Shown here piece by piece: positions 38,736 through 39,921 of a stretch of 39,921 nucleotides of DNA; the first letter of the stretch is position 1, and each line of letters opens with the position of its first letter. Below the pieces are notes generated by a model that ran no database searches, was not told the DNA's origin, and saw nothing but the letters and a program-made list of their open reading frames with translations. A program made the translations under genes and the position numbers. Location of the stretch: the NCBI GenBank assembly GCA_049517335.1, contig JBEKSD010000014.1:1-39921 (forward strand), read 5' to 3'. Source of the stretch: Candidatus Omnitrophota bacterium (lineage in GTDB: Bacteria; Omnitrophota; Gorgyraeia; Gygaellales; Profunditerraquicolaceae).

Positions 38736-39296
38736 ATGCTTGATATTTTGCTCCAACTCAACTGGGTTGATATCGTAATCGTAATCCTTGTAGTCAGAGT
38801 TTGTTACATCTCTGTTAAAAGTGGATTTATAGTAGAAATATTTAAGTTATCCGGCACCATTTGCGCAATTTATCTTTCCCTGCATTATTATATGGTTCTT
38901 GGCGTCCGATTACAGGGAAATTCCTACGCTTCAGCAGTCCCTGCAAATTACTTTGATTTCCTGTGTTTTTTTGCTTTGACGCTATTGGGTTACTTCTTAT
39001 TTTTTCTCCTTCGCAGTGTGCTCTACCGCTTTATGGAGCTGAAAGCTGTCCCGGCTTTAAGTAAATGGGGAGGGTTTATCACAGGTTTATGCAGGAGTGT
39101 CTTCTTAACTGGCCTGATTATTTTTGCTTTTTCAATTTCCACAGTCAGCTACCTTAAAGACAGCGGGAATAAATCTTACATCGGAAGCCGCCTTTCAAAA
39201 GTTGCACCCGCAACCTATTCATGGATATGGAATAATTTAACTTCAAAATTTATTCCGCAGGAAAAATTTAATAATACCGTTTTGGAAACCGGATAA
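38736..39296 (+). CDS. CvpA-family membrane protein
   Basis: LNWVDIVIV...KSGFIVE, four TM segments, LSKWGGFITGLCR. Confidence 0.85.
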   Translation: MLDILLQLNWVDIVIVILVVRVCYISVKSGFIVEIFKLSGTICAIYLSLHYYMVLGVRLQGNSYASAVPANYFDFLCFFALTLLGYFLFFLLRSVLYRFMELKAVPALSKWGGFITGLCRSVFLTGLIIFAFSISTVSYLKDSGNKSYIGSRLSKVAPATYSWIWNNLTSKFIPQEKFNNTVLETG

Positions 39297-39302
39297 AAAA
39301 AT

Positions 39303-39921
39303 ATGAAGCTTTCGCGTTTTTATGAACTAGCCGTCAAGTTCGGCAAAGATTGCGATGTGCGAGCGGGGAATAAGTTTAAATCTTTTGAAGATTCCCGTAT
39401 TCTTTACGGCTCACCCAATACGGAAGTAAAAAAAATCATCGTCGGTATAGATATTGAGGTTGCCGACTTGCTGCTTGCGGATAAACTGCGCCAAAGGCAA
39501 GGACTGGATTTAGTGCTTTCACATCATCCGGAAGGAGTAGCATATGCTTCTCTTTACAAGGTTATGCGGCTGCAGATAGACGTGTTAAGAAAGGCCGGGA
39601 TTAAAGAAGCGGTGGCGCGCAAACTGCTTGAAGAAAGGATGTTTGAGGTAGAAAGAAAGATTATGCCTCAGAATCATACCCGGCCGGTTGACGCCGCAGT
39701 TTTACTGGATTTGCCTTTTATGTGCCTACACACGCCCGCGGATAATCACGTTTATTCATACCTTATAGGCCTGATGAATAAAGAGAAGCCGAAAATGGTG
39801 GAAGATATCGTGGAAATTCTTTTGGGCATTCCCGAATATAAAGAAGCGCAGAAGAACTTAAGCGGCCCCTTTATTATTACCGGTTCTCCTAGAAGGAGAG
39901 CAGGAAGGATTCTTGTGGATA
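39303..39921 (+). CDS. NIF3 (NGG1p-interacting factor 3)-like protein, 3'-partial
   Basis: Absent from the ORF track because it runs off the window. Translation MKLSRFYELAVKFG...DSRILYG...IIVGIDIE...LVLSHHPEG...CLHTPADNH carries the NIF3-type D, HHP and HTxxD motifs. Confidence 0.8.
   Translation, partial: MKLSRFYELAVKFGKDCDVRAGNKFKSFEDSRILYGSPNTEVKKIIVGIDIEVADLLLADKLRQRQGLDLVLSHHPEGVAYASLYKVMRLQIDVLRKAGIKEAVARKLLEERMFEVERKIMPQNHTRPVDAAVLLDLPFMCLHTPADNHVYSYLIGLMNKEKPKMVEDIVEILLGIPEYKEAQKNLSGPFIITGSPRRRAGRILVD

Noticed and set aside
1-39921. CRISPR arrays, tRNA/rRNA, IS elements, prophage or defence genes, in-frame TGA selenoproteins
   Set aside because: Intergenic gaps are too short, no regularly spaced repeats were seen, every long ORF is explained by a known family, and I saw no TGA with a convincing in-frame continuation.

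Overview
Moderately AT-rich, densely packed bacterial chromosome segment. All ~36 genes lie on the + strand, mostly with abutting or overlapping stop/start codons. The organism is diderm (LptD) with a peptidoglycan-binding SPOR protein and fermentative metabolism (Pta/AckA, GTP-PEPCK); the overall style suggests an uncultured lineage such as Omnitrophota, which is an impression only. Gene order: 5'-truncated TM-GAF histidine kinase | trxA, split pta, ackA, panD, def, lipA, trxB, pckG, purC, UPF0104, NYN | CmpX-like, nadE, copA, miaB, TPR/SPOR, miaA, hflX | CIRCE-controlled hrcA-grpE-dnaK-dnaJ, FmdB-like, DUF1015, accD | MalK-type ATPase plus two membrane-anchored GGDEF genes (second frameshifted) | ROK kinase, lptD, four nucleotide-sugar enzymes | cvpA, NIF3-like (3'-truncated). 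I saw no rRNA, tRNA, CRISPR array, transposase or prophage. The window is mostly housekeeping and I cannot demonstrate a wholly new system. The best leads are: (i) short palindromic REP-like elements, two of them translated in frame inside miaB and two forming a duplicated terminator+promoter module; (ii) an archaeal-looking DnaK/DnaJ pair under bacterial HrcA/CIRCE control; (iii) a TRAM-less MiaB; (iv) a kinase with a non-canonical HQINNR H-box; (v) an orphan MalK-like ATPase apparently co-transcribed with an asymmetric diguanylate cyclase pair.
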